In this document: one piece after another, positions 17,525 to 27,429 of the stretch
Layout: each line of letters starts with the position of its first letter
Position numbering within the stretch: position 1 is the stretch's first letter
NCBI GenBank assembly: GCA_018822885.1
Contig: JAHJJA010000018.1
Location: 1 to 52,450 of the forward strand
DNA from: Candidatus Omnitrophota bacterium
GTDB lineage: Bacteria > Omnitrophota > Gorgyraeia > Gygaellales > Profunditerraquicolaceae
DNA: 52,450 nt
Reading direction: 5' to 3'
Translations under genes and position numbers: made by a program
The notes under the pieces: model-generated
Databases searched by the model: none
The model's input: only the letters and a program-made list of their open reading frames with translations
What the model was told of the DNA's origin: nothing

Positions 17525-18850
17525 TTAATCCGCGCCCTCTCCATCATGCACAACTTCTTTTTCGTCTTTACGTTTGCGCACGATGACGCGTTTTAAAGTG
17601 ACAAGTTTATCGACTAGATCTTTATTATTCTGGTTATTTAACTGCTTAAAAAGAAAATAAAATCTTGCCTCAATATCTTTAGTGATATTATCGCGGATCT
17701 CCTGCGATAATCCCATTATCTCTTTCTTGAAGGGGCCAAGGGCTTTTTTGCGGGTCTTATAGAAGAACTGCTCCTCGGTCTCTCCTGCCTTTGCTTCATT
17801 GGCAGCGTTTATCTTTAACCAATCATATATCTTTTTCTTTAGCTCTGCAGGGAAATCCTTGGAATCATAGATCATATTCTGGAACTCTGTTGCCAGATGC
17901 ACTTCCGCGCAGTCACACTCCGGGAAATTGTGAAATGCTTCAGCCGGTAAAGTAGATGCCCCATGCTGAACAGCTCCGGCAAGGCCATATTCCTTCTTGG
18001 CGATCTCTGATAGTTTCTTCAGGGTATCAAAATCAAGTTTTACCTGCGCGATGGAACCATCAGGCAATACTACTCCGCCGTGAGAAGTGCCTGTTTGAAT
18101 CGAGATCTTGCTGATACCGGTCAAGCCTTTACGTAACCTTTCCTTAAAACCCTCCATAAACGCGCGCAGATCTTCCGGAGTAGAATTCTGATGCCCTACT
18201 TCTCCGATCTCGCCGCCCACAGAGACGGTAACGCCTTTGGGTTCGATCCTACGGATAAACTGGGTAAGCTTGGCGCAAGCCTCATAATTATTCCTCTGCT
18301 GCTTCTTTATATCGGTCTTGGATAGATCGACCAAGGTTGAGGAATCAATATCGATATTATAGAAACCCGCTGCCATAGCATCTGCGATCAGGGCCTGCAA
18401 AGTCTCTAATTCCTTATCCGGGTCCTCCTGGTATTTCTTAGCATTGACCTGCACATGATCAGCCTGGATAAAAACCGGGCCCTTGTGATTTTCTTTTATT
18501 GCGGCGCCCAAAATAACGCTAGCGTATTCAACCGGAGGCTGTGCAGTATAACCCATCTCGCTTTTTGCTATCTCAAAAATAAAAGCGCCCGCGTTATATT
18601 TTTTAGCGACCCGAAAAATCGCCTTTGCCAAATCATAGGTCATGCTCCTTAAATTCACAGCCGGGACAGTAAACCCGGTAAATTGACCCTTCCCCCTAGC
18701 CATGTAAAACTCATGAATGCTAGACGGATAAATACCGTTCTTATAAGCTATATCAAATATCTTCTTTGATAGCTTTTTCTTTATGGCTGTATCATCAGCC
18801 ATAATCAACTCCATCACGATCTTATCAATATTAAGCGGCTTTCTTCCCAT
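17525..18850 (-). CDS. fba: Class II fructose-bisphosphate aldolase (long form)
   Basis: 441 aa. QADHVQ, TGTSHGG and VQHGAST motifs are consistent with the metal-dependent class II aldolase fold. Confidence 0.7.
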   Translation of the reverse strand: MGRKPLNIDKIVMELIMADDTAIKKKLSKKIFDIAYKNGIYPSSIHEFYMARGKGQFTGFTVPAVNLRSMTYDLAKAIFRVAKKYNAGAFIFEIAKSEMGYTAQPPVEYASVILGAAIKENHKGPVFIQADHVQVNAKKYQEDPDKELETLQALIADAMAAGFYNIDIDSSTLVDLSKTDIKKQQRNNYEACAKLTQFIRRIEPKGVTVSVGGEIGEVGHQNSTPEDLRAFMEGFKERLRKGLTGISKISIQTGTSHGGVVLPDGSIAQVKLDFDTLKKLSEIAKKEYGLAGAVQHGASTLPAEAFHNFPECDCAEVHLATEFQNMIYDSKDFPAELKKKIYDWLKINAANEAKAGETEEQFFYKTRKKALGPFKKEIMGLSQEIRDNITKDIEARFYFLFKQLNNQNNKDLVDKLVTLKRVIVRKRKDEKEVVHDGEGAD

Positions 18851-18886
18851 TTTGCCTCCGTTGTAATTTGTGATTAACTTTTAGCC

Positions 18887-19846
18887 CTAGCTCAACTCCT
18901 TGACCAACTTATACATATTTTCGTAATTAAAATATTTCTTTACGATAGCGATTTCAAAATCTATTGAGACTATCTTACTTTCCTTGAACCCTACCACCTT
19001 ATCGCTATCCCCCCTGATAAGAGCATCCACAGCCGCCCTTCCTAAATGCAGAGCCAAGTCGCGGCTTATTGCCGTGGGACGGCCGCCTCTTTGGATATGC
19101 CCCAAGACTACAGGGCGGGTTTCAAGCCCGGTGATCTCATTTATCTGCTTTGCTATATCAGGAGCGTTACCGGAGCCTTCGGCCACAACAATGATCCAGC
19201 TCATCTTGCCCCGCAGATTTCCGTTAACAATATCATGGCAAATAGCGTTAATATCACTTTTACGCTCGGGGATCATAACCTCTTCGCATCCGCCGCCCAA
19301 AGCAACAGAAAGAGCGATGTAACCGCAATCCCTTCCCATCACCTCTACGACAAAGATCCTCTCCATAGAAGTAGCCGTATCACGGATATTATCAATGGCC
19401 GAAAGGGCTGTGTTTATAGCAGTATCTGCCCCGATAGTGATATCAATACCATTAACGTCATTATCTATTGAGGCGGGGATCCCGATACAAGGGATATTAT
19501 ATTTCCTGCCGAATAAATGCGCGGCGGTAAAGCTCCCGTTTCCGCCGATGACCGCCAGGCCGTCTATCCCATATTTCTTAACAGTCTCGTATGCGCGTGA
19601 CTGGCCTTCTTCGGTATAAAACTCATGGCAGCGGGCTGTCTTAAGGATAGTCCCCCCCTGATTAATGATCCCTGAAACAGAGCGATGGCTAAAAACTTTT
19701 AGCTCCTCGTTTATCAAGCCCCACCATCCGCGGAAAACACCCATTACTTCTAGCTTCTGGTTTAAGCCATAACGCACAACCGAACGTATTGCCGCATTCA
19801 TCCCCGGGGCATCGCCGCCGGTAGTTAAAACCGCTATTCTTTTCAT
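18887..19846 (-). CDS. pfkA: ATP-dependent 6-phosphofructokinase
   Basis: 319 aa. Shows TTGGDAPGMNAAIR, IGGNGS, PASIDND and MGRDCG motifs. Confidence 0.92.
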   Translation of the reverse strand: MKRIAVLTTGGDAPGMNAAIRSVVRYGLNQKLEVMGVFRGWWGLINEELKVFSHRSVSGIINQGGTILKTARCHEFYTEEGQSRAYETVKKYGIDGLAVIGGNGSFTAAHLFGRKYNIPCIGIPASIDNDVNGIDITIGADTAINTALSAIDNIRDTATSMERIFVVEVMGRDCGYIALSVALGGGCEEVMIPERKSDINAICHDIVNGNLRGKMSWIIVVAEGSGNAPDIAKQINEITGLETRPVVLGHIQRGGRPTAISRDLALHLGRAAVDALIRGDSDKVVGFKESKIVSIDFEIAIVKKYFNYENMYKLVKELS

Positions 19847-19850
19847 AAAA

Positions 19851-21107
19851 CTATGTCCCCATTTCCCAGCTTGCCAAATACTTTTCCTGCTCTTCAGTTA
19901 ATGTGTCTATCTTAATACCTAGGGATTTTAATTTTAACGCGGCGATCCTCTCATCTATCTCTCGAGGGACCCCGTAAACATTCTTTTTCATATCACTATA
20001 ATTCTTAGAAATATACTCTGCTCCTAATGCCTGATTCGCAAAAGACATATCCATAACGCTTGCAGGATGGCCTTCGGCAGCAGCGAGATTAATCAAGCGC
20101 CCTTCTCCCAAAAGATATACCCTTCTTCCGTCGGATAATTTATATTCATCGACAAAATCACGGATCTTGCGTTTTGACTTTGCTAGCCTTTCCAGCGCTG
20201 GTATCTCGATTTCGGCGTTAAAATGCCCTGAGTTTGAGATTATAGCGCCGTCTTTCATCGCCTTAAAATGCTCAAGCCGGATAACATTAATATCCCCTGT
20301 AACAGTAACAAAGATATCCCCGATCTTTGCGGCCTCCTTTATCGGCATTACGCCAAAACCATCCATCAGGGCCTCAAGGGCCTTAAGAGGATCAACCTCA
20401 ATAACAATGACTCTTGCCCCCATGCCTTTTGCGCGCATAGCCACACCCTTGCCGCACCAACCGTATCCGCAAACCACAAAATTACTTCCGGCAATAAGTT
20501 TATTGGTGGCGCGGATAATCCCATCAAGAGTTGATTGCCCGGTGCCATAACGATTATCAAACATATGCTTTGTATGCGCGTCATTTACCGCGATAATAGG
20601 ATAACGCAACTTATTCTGCTCTGCAAGCGCCCTTAAACGGATGACCCCGGTTGTCGTCTCTTCGGTGCCGCCGATAATATTTGCATGCACAGAGAAATCA
20701 CGTTGATGGATCGTGCCCACAAGATCCGCCCCATCGTCCATAGTAATATCGGGCTTTGCCGCAAGCACAGCCTCGATATGTTTATAATAAGTCTTAGTGT
20801 CTTCACCTTTTATCGCGTAAACCGCGATACCAAGGTTTTTTGCCAAAGAAGACGCGACATCATCCTGCGTTGAAAGAGGATTAGATGCGCAAAGATAGAT
20901 CTCTGCCCCGCCTTTTTTTAGCACATCCATCAATACACCGGTTTCAGTAGTAACATGGAGACAGGCTGCCACTTTCAAGCCTTTTAAAGGTTTCTCTTTA
21001 CTAAACCTGTTCCCTATTAACCCTAAAACAGGCATATTGTTTGCTGCCCATTCAATACGCAATGCACCTTTAGCCGCAAGTTTGATGTCTTTGATATCGT
21101 ATTTCAT
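19851..21107 (-). CDS. ahcY: Adenosylhomocysteinase
   Basis: 418 aa. Shows the [11 protein letters not shown]-binding motif and HFNAEI. Confidence 0.92.
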   Translation of the reverse strand: MKYDIKDIKLAAKGALRIEWAANNMPVLGLIGNRFSKEKPLKGLKVAACLHVTTETGVLMDVLKKGGAEIYLCASNPLSTQDDVASSLAKNLGIAVYAIKGEDTKTYYKHIEAVLAAKPDITMDDGADLVGTIHQRDFSVHANIIGGTEETTTGVIRLRALAEQNKLRYPIIAVNDAHTKHMFDNRYGTGQSTLDGIIRATNKLIAGSNFVVCGYGWCGKGVAMRAKGMGARVIVIEVDPLKALEALMDGFGVMPIKEAAKIGDIFVTVTGDINVIRLEHFKAMKDGAIISNSGHFNAEIEIPALERLAKSKRKIRDFVDEYKLSDGRRVYLLGEGRLINLAAAEGHPASVMDMSFANQALGAEYISKNYSDMKKNVYGVPREIDERIAALKLKSLGIKIDTLTEEQEKYLASWEMGT

Positions 21108-21187
21108 GTTTTTCCTTTCCTTAAATCCTGTTAATAGTTACCTGCCTGCCGCCAGGCAGGCGCAACCGAATAATTCAACCTTTAAAA

Positions 21188-22369
21188 CTACATCTTCGCC
21201 GCTTGTTTCTTCAAATCAGCCGCCTTATCTGTTTTCTCCCAGGCAAAGCCCATATCGTTTCTACCAAAATGGCCATAACAGGCAGTCTTCCTATATATAG
21301 GAGTCAACAAATTCAAAGACTCAATTATACCCCTAGGGGTAAGTTTGAAATTTTCCCTGATAAGCTTTACAATTTTTTCATCCGATAATTTTCCCGTTCC
21401 ATAGGTGTCCACGTATATCGAAAGCGGATCAGCGTGGCCGATGACATACGATAACTGGATCAAAAGCTTATCGGCTACTCCGGCAGCGACTAAATTCTTG
21501 GCGATATAACGGCACATATAAGCCGCTGAGCGATCGACCTTAGTCGGGTCCTTGCCTGAAAATGCGCCACCTCCATGAGGTACTGTACCACCATAGGTAT
21601 CCACGATGATCTTTCTTCCGGTCATGCCGGTATCAGATTGAGGACCGCCGATCAAAAACTTACCCGTCTGATTCACGTAATATTTAGTATCCTTGTCGAT
21701 CAAATCCTTTAATACAGGCTTAGCGACGACATCGATCAGTTCCTGACGCGCTTTTTGGGTAATATGTTTTCCCGTATTATCCAGGATATCTTCGGTATGC
21801 TGGCAGGCAATAACCACTGAATCTACGCGCTTAGGCTCATCGTCAAAATATTCGACTGTCACCTGCGATTTACAGTCCGGACCCAGATAATCCAGCTCAT
21901 TGCTCCTGCGTACATCCGCCGTGCGCTTGGTCAATTTATGCGCAAGCATTATCGGAAGAGGCATATACTCTTCGGTCTCTTTGCAGGCATAGCCAAACAT
22001 GATACCCTGATCCCCGGCCCCGCCGGTATTAACTCCTTGAGCTATATCCGGAGATTGGCTATTGATCGTATTGACAATCGCGCAGGTCTCATAGTCAAAT
22101 CCGTATTTCGGATGAGTATACCCTATCTCTTTGACGACGCCGCGCGCCAGTTTCTGAATATCTATATACGCGTCGGTAGTGATCTCCCCGCCGACTATTA
22201 AAAGGCCCATTGTAACATAGGTCTCGCAGGCGACCCTACAGTGCTCTTTATTTGAATCGAGTTTTAAAACCGCATCTAAAACCGCATCAGATATCTGGTC
22301 GCAGACCTTATCCGGGTGACCCTCGCCTACAGATTCCGATGTGAAGAAATGCTTACGCAAACCGCTCAT
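21188..22369 (-). CDS. metK: S-adenosylmethionine synthase
   Basis: Shows the [13 protein letters not shown] start and [16 protein letters not shown] motif. Start moved to the ATG at 22369, preceded by GAGGAGGAG. Confidence 0.92.
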   Translation of the reverse strand: MSGLRKHFFTSESVGEGHPDKVCDQISDAVLDAVLKLDSNKEHCRVACETYVTMGLLIVGGEITTDAYIDIQKLARGVVKEIGYTHPKYGFDYETCAIVNTINSQSPDIAQGVNTGGAGDQGIMFGYACKETEEYMPLPIMLAHKLTKRTADVRRSNELDYLGPDCKSQVTVEYFDDEPKRVDSVVIACQHTEDILDNTGKHITQKARQELIDVVAKPVLKDLIDKDTKYYVNQTGKFLIGGPQSDTGMTGRKIIVDTYGGTVPHGGGAFSGKDPTKVDRSAAYMCRYIAKNLVAAGVADKLLIQLSYVIGHADPLSIYVDTYGTGKLSDEKIVKLIRENFKLTPRGIIESLNLLTPIYRKTACYGHFGRNDMGFAWEKTDKAADLKKQAAKM

Positions 22370-22391
22370 AACTCCTCCTCTTTGTACTTTC

Positions 22392-22436
22392 GCGGTCAAA
22401 AACCGCGCCATTTATGGCGCGGACAGATTTGACCGC
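22392..22436 (-). terminator. Intrinsic-terminator-like hairpin in the metK leader (candidate attenuator)
   Basis: Minus strand reads GCGGUCAAA-UCUGU-CCGCGCCA-UAAA-UGGCGCGG-UUUUUGACCGC. Only about 22 nt, including the RBS, separate it from the metK ATG. Confidence 0.55.
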
Positions 22437-22487
22437 TCAAGTATTCCGCCCTTTGTAAGCCCGGGCTTTAGCCCGGATGGGCTCCAT

Positions 22488-23237
22488 TTAACTACGATGT
22501 TTTAAGCCGAAAACGTCTTTGGCCTGGTTATAAAATTTATAATCACCGATGTCATACCACTTACCGCTCAGCGCATATCCGTAGATATCGACTTTTTTTC
22601 TCAACCACTCTATGTAAAAACCGGTTGCATCCCTTTTGCCTTTTTTATCCTTGATATATTCCTTAACTAAATCCAGCTTCTGTTTCGGAAAATAATAGAG
22701 GCACATCCCGACAAGCGTTGACTGAGGCTTAGAAGGCTTTTCTCTAAATTCCACTATCCTTTTGCCTCTATTCAGCTTGATAACCCCGTATTTAGTGGCC
22801 TCATGCTTACTTTTAATATCGTAGACGCCTATTACCGGGCCATTCTTTTTCTTAGCAAAAGAGATCAGTTTATTCAGATCCCCGTCAAAAAGATTATCTC
22901 CTCCTATTACCAGTAGATCATCTTTCATGCGTTTTTTATCTATAGCGAAATGGATATCTCCTACAGCCCCGCGACGGGTTTCATTGCTTTTTGTCAAATC
23001 ATCTAAAACGCTGATTCTTTTTCCTGCCTGCTGCAGACGTGCCCATTTGCGAAACTGAACCGCAAACTTACTGTTTGTCACAACGACGATCTCATCTATC
23101 CCGGGAACCAGAAGCACTTTCTCCAAGATATAATCGATTATCGGCTTATCTTTTACCTTAAGAAGAGACTTAGGAAAATTCTTAGTCAGGGGGTAAAGAC
23201 GGGTTGCATATCCTGCTGCCAGTATCAAAGCCTTCAT
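22488..23237 (-). CDS. Sugar-phosphate nucleotidyltransferase (NTP_transferase family)
   Basis: 249 aa. N-terminal LILAAGYATRLYPLTKNFPK signature. Confidence 0.75.
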   Translation of the reverse strand: MKALILAAGYATRLYPLTKNFPKSLLKVKDKPIIDYILEKVLLVPGIDEIVVVTNSKFAVQFRKWARLQQAGKRISVLDDLTKSNETRRGAVGDIHFAIDKKRMKDDLLVIGGDNLFDGDLNKLISFAKKKNGPVIGVYDIKSKHEATKYGVIKLNRGKRIVEFREKPSKPQSTLVGMCLYYFPKQKLDLVKEYIKDKKGKRDATGFYIEWLRKKVDIYGYALSGKWYDIGDYKFYNQAKDVFGLKHRS

Positions 23238-24967
23238 TATTTTAAAATCTCTCTTAATTTAGCCTGGGTAAACTCCTCTACTTCTTTGCCGGTAGATAAA
23301 AGCATCGCTGCCGCAGCAATCTCTTTGGCCTGCCCTAAAGTAACAGAGCGCACTAGATACTTCACCTCCGGGATAACCTGCGGAGGCACACTAAACTCAT
23401 CAAGCCCTAAACCCAAAAGCAATAGCACAAGGCTTGCTTCTCCCGCCATTTCTCCGCACATCCCGACATGGATATTTGCCTTATGCGCGGAATCAATAAT
23501 ATTTTTAATCAATCGCAGCACGGCAAGATGGGCAGGATTATACAAATAAGCTACCTTTTCATTAGCCCGGTCGACCGCAAGTGAATACTGGATCAGGTCA
23601 TTAGTCCCTATACTAAAGAAGTCCGCTTCAGTCGCCAGTATGTCGGCTGTCAATGCAGCGGAGGGGACCTCTATCATAGCTCCAACTTCGATATCCTCTT
23701 TAAAGGCGAGGCCTTTTTTTCTCAACTCTTCTTTTGCATCCTCAAGGATTTTATTCGCCTGTTTCAATTCCTCGATCCCGGAGATCATCGGATACATCAT
23801 CTTTAAATTTCCGTGCACAGAGGCCCTTAAGATCGCGCGCAGCTGTAATTTAAATATTTCCGGGCGGGCAAGGCAAAAACGGATCGCCCGCCATCCCAAA
23901 AACGGCTCCATCTCATAAGGGATCTCAAATTGCGATAGAAATTTATCCCCTCCCAGATCCAAAGTGCGGATAATCACCGGATTAGGATTCATCTGCTCTG
24001 CCACATATTTATACGCCTCGTAATGTTCCTCCTCCGAGGGAAGATCCTTCCTGTTCATATAGAAAAACTCCGTGCGGTAAAGGCCGATACCCTCTCCTCC
24101 GTGGAGTTTTACCGAAGGCACCTCATCGGGAAACTCTATGTTCGCATTTATCTTGATGGTCGTTCCGTCAAGGGTGACCGCCGGCAGGTCCTTTGCGGAT
24201 AAAAACCTCTCCGCGACGCCTTTAAACTTTTCTTCTTCCTTGCGATAAATATTGAGAGTCTCTTCATCGGGATTTATGATTATGACACCCATGCTGCCGT
24301 CGACTATCAACATATCCCCTGTTTTGATCCTTGAGGTGGCTGATTCCGTGCCTACAACAGCAGGGATCTCTAGGGACTTGGCCATAATAGCGGTGTGCGA
24401 AGTCTTGCCTCCGACGTCCGTGACAAACGCGCAGACATTCTGTTTATGCATTGCCGCGGTATCAGACGGAGAAAGATCATGCGCCACCATTACCACTTTT
24501 TCTTTAAGGTCTTCAAAGGCCTTACGCTCTTTTCCTAAAAGATGGCGAAGAATCCTCTTCCCAACATCATTAATATCAGCTATGCGCTCTTTCAGGTATT
24601 CATCCTCTATCTTTAAGAATATCTCCACATATTTCTTTAAGACCTCGGAGAAGATAAACGCGACATTAAGCCTCTCCTTTTTAAGGCGGGAGATCACTTC
24701 TTCGATGAGCATACGGTCTTCCAAAACCAACAGATGCGCGTCAAAGATCTGCGCCTCCTCCTGTCCCATCTCAAAGCTGATGCGCTTTTGCAGATCGATT
24801 ATCTCCCGGCGGGTCTTGATCAGGGCCTCTTCAAAGATCTGGATCTGAACCGGGATGTCCTCTTCACGAATAGGCTCCTTGGCGATAATAAACTCTTCCT
24901 TGCCTACTTTATAGGCCGGCCCGATGCTTATTCCGGAGGCTGCTGCTATACCTTTTAATTGATTCAT
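23237..24967 (-). CDS. ptsI: Phosphoenolpyruvate-protein phosphotransferase (PTS enzyme I)
   Basis: 576 aa. Shows GGKTSHTAIMA active-site histidine motif and FFSIGTNDL. Confidence 0.92.
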   Translation of the reverse strand: MNQLKGIAAASGISIGPAYKVGKEEFIIAKEPIREEDIPVQIQIFEEALIKTRREIIDLQKRISFEMGQEEAQIFDAHLLVLEDRMLIEEVISRLKKERLNVAFIFSEVLKKYVEIFLKIEDEYLKERIADINDVGKRILRHLLGKERKAFEDLKEKVVMVAHDLSPSDTAAMHKQNVCAFVTDVGGKTSHTAIMAKSLEIPAVVGTESATSRIKTGDMLIVDGSMGVIIINPDEETLNIYRKEEEKFKGVAERFLSAKDLPAVTLDGTTIKINANIEFPDEVPSVKLHGGEGIGLYRTEFFYMNRKDLPSEEEHYEAYKYVAEQMNPNPVIIRTLDLGGDKFLSQFEIPYEMEPFLGWRAIRFCLARPEIFKLQLRAILRASVHGNLKMMYPMISGIEELKQANKILEDAKEELRKKGLAFKEDIEVGAMIEVPSAALTADILATEADFFSIGTNDLIQYSLAVDRANEKVAYLYNPAHLAVLRLIKNIIDSAHKANIHVGMCGEMAGEASLVLLLLGLGLDEFSVPPQVIPEVKYLVRSVTLGQAKEIAAAAMLLSTGKEVEEFTQAKLREILK

Positions 24968-25026
24968 TCTAATGCACCTCTAATTTAGGATTTTTTTTAA
25001 ATCTTTTTTTTAATCTTTAACCTTTT

Positions 25027-25290
25027 TTATTCCTCACTGGTTATTATTTTTTCAAGCTCTGCAAGCGCGATCAAGGCGTCCTCCCCTTCGGCTTCAATGA
25101 TAATAACGGTATCCCTCTCTACTCCGAGCATAAGTATACCCATTATTGATTTCCCGTTTACTTCCTCGTCATCCCTACGGACAGTGATCCGGGAATCAAA
25201 TCTATTGGCTACTTGCACGAATAGCGCCGCTGGCCTTGCATGCAAACCTTGTTTATTTTTTACGACTAATTGTTTTCTTGCTACTGCCAT
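25027..25290 (-). CDS. ptsH: Phosphocarrier protein HPr/NPr
   Basis: 87 aa with the NKQGLHARPAA active-site histidine motif. Confidence 0.9.
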   Translation of the reverse strand: MAVARKQLVVKNKQGLHARPAALFVQVANRFDSRITVRRDDEEVNGKSIMGILMLGVERDTVIIIEAEGEDALIALAELEKIITSEE

Positions 25291-25300
25291 AGTTTTAAAT

Positions 25301-26566
25301 TTAGATCTCGTCCAAAAGCCCGATGACTATCCTGGCAAGCCTCTCGGGATCGTGACGGATAACGTCATCAGTGACCACAAAATCATCCTCAATAACCCTA
25401 TAACCCATAGATTCTATCTTTTTCTTATCATTTATTACAGGACATGAACTCTGCCCGGAGTAACGCTCAAGCATATACTTAGGGATCTCCCCGGAGTTGA
25501 TCACGCAATAATCCAGTATGCGCGGGTGACTGTGGTTTACCAACACCTTAATATGGTCAGAAACGCTAAACCCGTCTGTCTCCCCGGGCTGGGTCATCAC
25601 ATTACATACATACACCTTGATCGCCCCGGAAGAAGAGATCGCCTCAGTGATCTCCTTTATTAAAAGATTAGGCACGATACTGGTATAAAGAGAACCGGGC
25701 CCCAATACGATCACCTGTGCTTCTTCTATCGCCTTTATCGCGTCAGGAGTAGCTGCCGGTTTATCGGGCTGCAAACTAACCTTATTAATCGGACGCCTGG
25801 CGTTAGTAATGCTGGCCTCTCCGACCGTCGTAGACCCGTCTTTGTGCTGCGCCACAAGCTGCACATTATTTAATGTAGAAGGTATTACCTGCCCCTTTAA
25901 CGCTAAAACCTTGCTCGTTTCTTTTATCGCCTTTTCAAAATCTCCGGTCAGGCGTGTCATAACCGTAATAAAGAGATTCCCGAAACTATGCCCCCCCAGC
26001 TCTGAAGTTGTGTCAAAACGGAACTGGAACAAATCGCGCATCAATGCCGGCGCATCAGCTAAAGCAACCAGGCAGTTACGTATATCTCCCGGAGGCAAAA
26101 TATCAAACTCCTGTCTTAGGCGCCCTGATGAACCTCCGTCATCAGCTACAGTGACAATAGCGGTGATGTTAGAGGTATATTGTTTAAGGCCGCTCAAGAT
26201 GACCGATAAGCCAGTGCCTCCGCCGATCGTCACGATCTTTGGCCCTCGGCTTAACTGCTTTCTCTGAAAAACTATATCTACTAATTCATTACTCTTGGAA
26301 GATGGGACTTCCGCATTAATAAAAAACCTGATTATGCCTTTTATTCCTAAGATCAGGATTATAATGCCGCAGAGAAGGCCTATCGAATCAAGCACCTGAA
26401 AAAGAACAAATTCTTCGTTACGCAGAAAAAATGACCCGATAATGATAAAAACAAGGCCCACTAAAACCAGCAGTATCCAGCGCTTAATGCCTATACCGGG
26501 GTAGAGCCATTTCAAGATACCTTTTACTTTTAGACTTGACGCATTTGAGTTAAAGCTTTTTTTCAT
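25301..26566 (-). CDS. yvcK: YvcK/CofD-like gluconeogenesis-factor family protein with an N-terminal membrane extension
   Basis: 421 aa. Shows GGGTGLSVILSGLK and VADDGGSSGRLR motifs, preceded by about 90 aa with two hydrophobic helices. Confidence 0.8.
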   Translation of the reverse strand: MKKSFNSNASSLKVKGILKWLYPGIGIKRWILLVLVGLVFIIIGSFFLRNEEFVLFQVLDSIGLLCGIIILILGIKGIIRFFINAEVPSSKSNELVDIVFQRKQLSRGPKIVTIGGGTGLSVILSGLKQYTSNITAIVTVADDGGSSGRLRQEFDILPPGDIRNCLVALADAPALMRDLFQFRFDTTSELGGHSFGNLFITVMTRLTGDFEKAIKETSKVLALKGQVIPSTLNNVQLVAQHKDGSTTVGEASITNARRPINKVSLQPDKPAATPDAIKAIEEAQVIVLGPGSLYTSIVPNLLIKEITEAISSSGAIKVYVCNVMTQPGETDGFSVSDHIKVLVNHSHPRILDYCVINSGEIPKYMLERYSGQSSCPVINDKKKIESMGYRVIEDDFVVTDDVIRHDPERLARIVIGLLDEI

Positions 26567-27020
26567 CTTCCTGCGTAATAATCTTTACAACAGACTTCTC
26601 GTCTGTAGAGCTGCGGAGTGTATCGCGGAAATACTTATCTTTAAGAAGACGCGAAATGCGGGCTAAAGCCTTAAGATGAGGCCCGGCAGAATCCTGCGGC
26701 GCAACCAGCAAGAAAAATATGTAGGCCAATTCTCCGTCCAGAGAATCAAAGTCTACGCCCTTCCTGGAAAGTCCAAACGCAGCTACAAGTTTATCAACGC
26801 AATCCAATTTTGCGTGCGGTATAGCGATACCCTGTCCAATAGCAGTTGAGCCAAGAGCCTCTCTTGCCATAAGGGCATCGATGAGTTTATTGCGGTAACG
26901 CTTTTCGATATCTCCGGCATTTATCAGCGCTTCAACGAGTTCCTTAATCACATCCTCTTTCTTGCCGGACTTAATATCCATGACTATTGCCTTTTTAGAC
27001 AGAAAATCCATTATCTGCAT
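26550..27020 (-). CDS. ptsN: PTS EIIA-type nitrogen-regulatory protein (EIIA-Ntr)
   Basis: 156 aa with the GIAIPHAKL active-site histidine motif. Confidence 0.85.
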   Translation of the reverse strand: MQIMDFLSKKAIVMDIKSGKKEDVIKELVEALINAGDIEKRYRNKLIDALMAREALGSTAIGQGIAIPHAKLDCVDKLVAAFGLSRKGVDFDSLDGELAYIFFLLVAPQDSAGPHLKALARISRLLKDKYFRDTLRSSTDEKSVVKIITQEDEKKL

Positions 27021-27063
27021 TTATAGCTCCTTTCACAAAGCTGAAATAATGTTGTAATTATTA

Positions 27064-27136
27064 AGCGGGAGACGGGATTCGAACCCGCGACATTAACCTT
27101 GGCAAGGTTACGCTCTACCAACTGAGCCACTCCCGC
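27064..27136 (-). tRNA. tRNA-Gly (anticodon GCC)
   Basis: Minus strand reads GCGGGAG-UG-GCUCAGUUGGUAGAGC-G-UAACC-UUGCCAA-GGUUA-AUGUC-GCGGG-UUCGAAU-CCCGU-CUCCCGC-U. Full cloverleaf; CCA is not encoded. Confidence 0.95.
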
Positions 27137-27170
27137 GTGTAGTTAATCGAAAAAATGTTTATGTCTATGT

Positions 27171-27219
27171 ACTTTCGCTCGGGCAGCGCTTGTCGCGCTG
27201 CTTATCCTCGCTCAAGTAC
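27171..27219 (-). other. Spacer hairpin carrying the GAGCGA/GAGCGA module
   Basis: Minus strand reads GUACUU-GAGCGA-GGAUAA-GCAGCGC-GACAA-GCGCUGC-CC-GAGCGA-AAGUAC. Confidence 0.6.
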
Positions 27220-27251
27220 AATTTTAAAATCACTAATCTTGATTTTAAAAT

Positions 27252-27268
27252 TGGGCGGAAGAGGATTT
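27252..27268 (-). repeat. 17-bp exact direct repeat of the tRNA-Leu 3' end
   Basis: tgggcggaagaggattt occurs at 27252-27268 and again inside tRNA-Leu at 27430-27446. Confidence 0.9.
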
Positions 27269-27429
27269 TCCCGCTACAAACTTTAACCACATCAAAGTGC
27301 GGACGGAGGGAGTTGTTGAGCCACTATGATTCCACTTTTAGTGGCGAAATCCCGCCCCGACCATAATAATATTTGTGGCGGGAAACCCCCATGTCACAAT
27401 TTTTCAAAAAGCATTCTTAAACTCATTAC

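Noticed and set aside
21108-21187. SAH riboswitch in the metK-ahcY spacer.
   Set aside because: The spacer has only a simple CCUGCCUG-GCGG-CAGGCAGG stem-loop without the SAH pseudoknot consensus and without a U-tract. It is probably a stabilising or processing hairpin.
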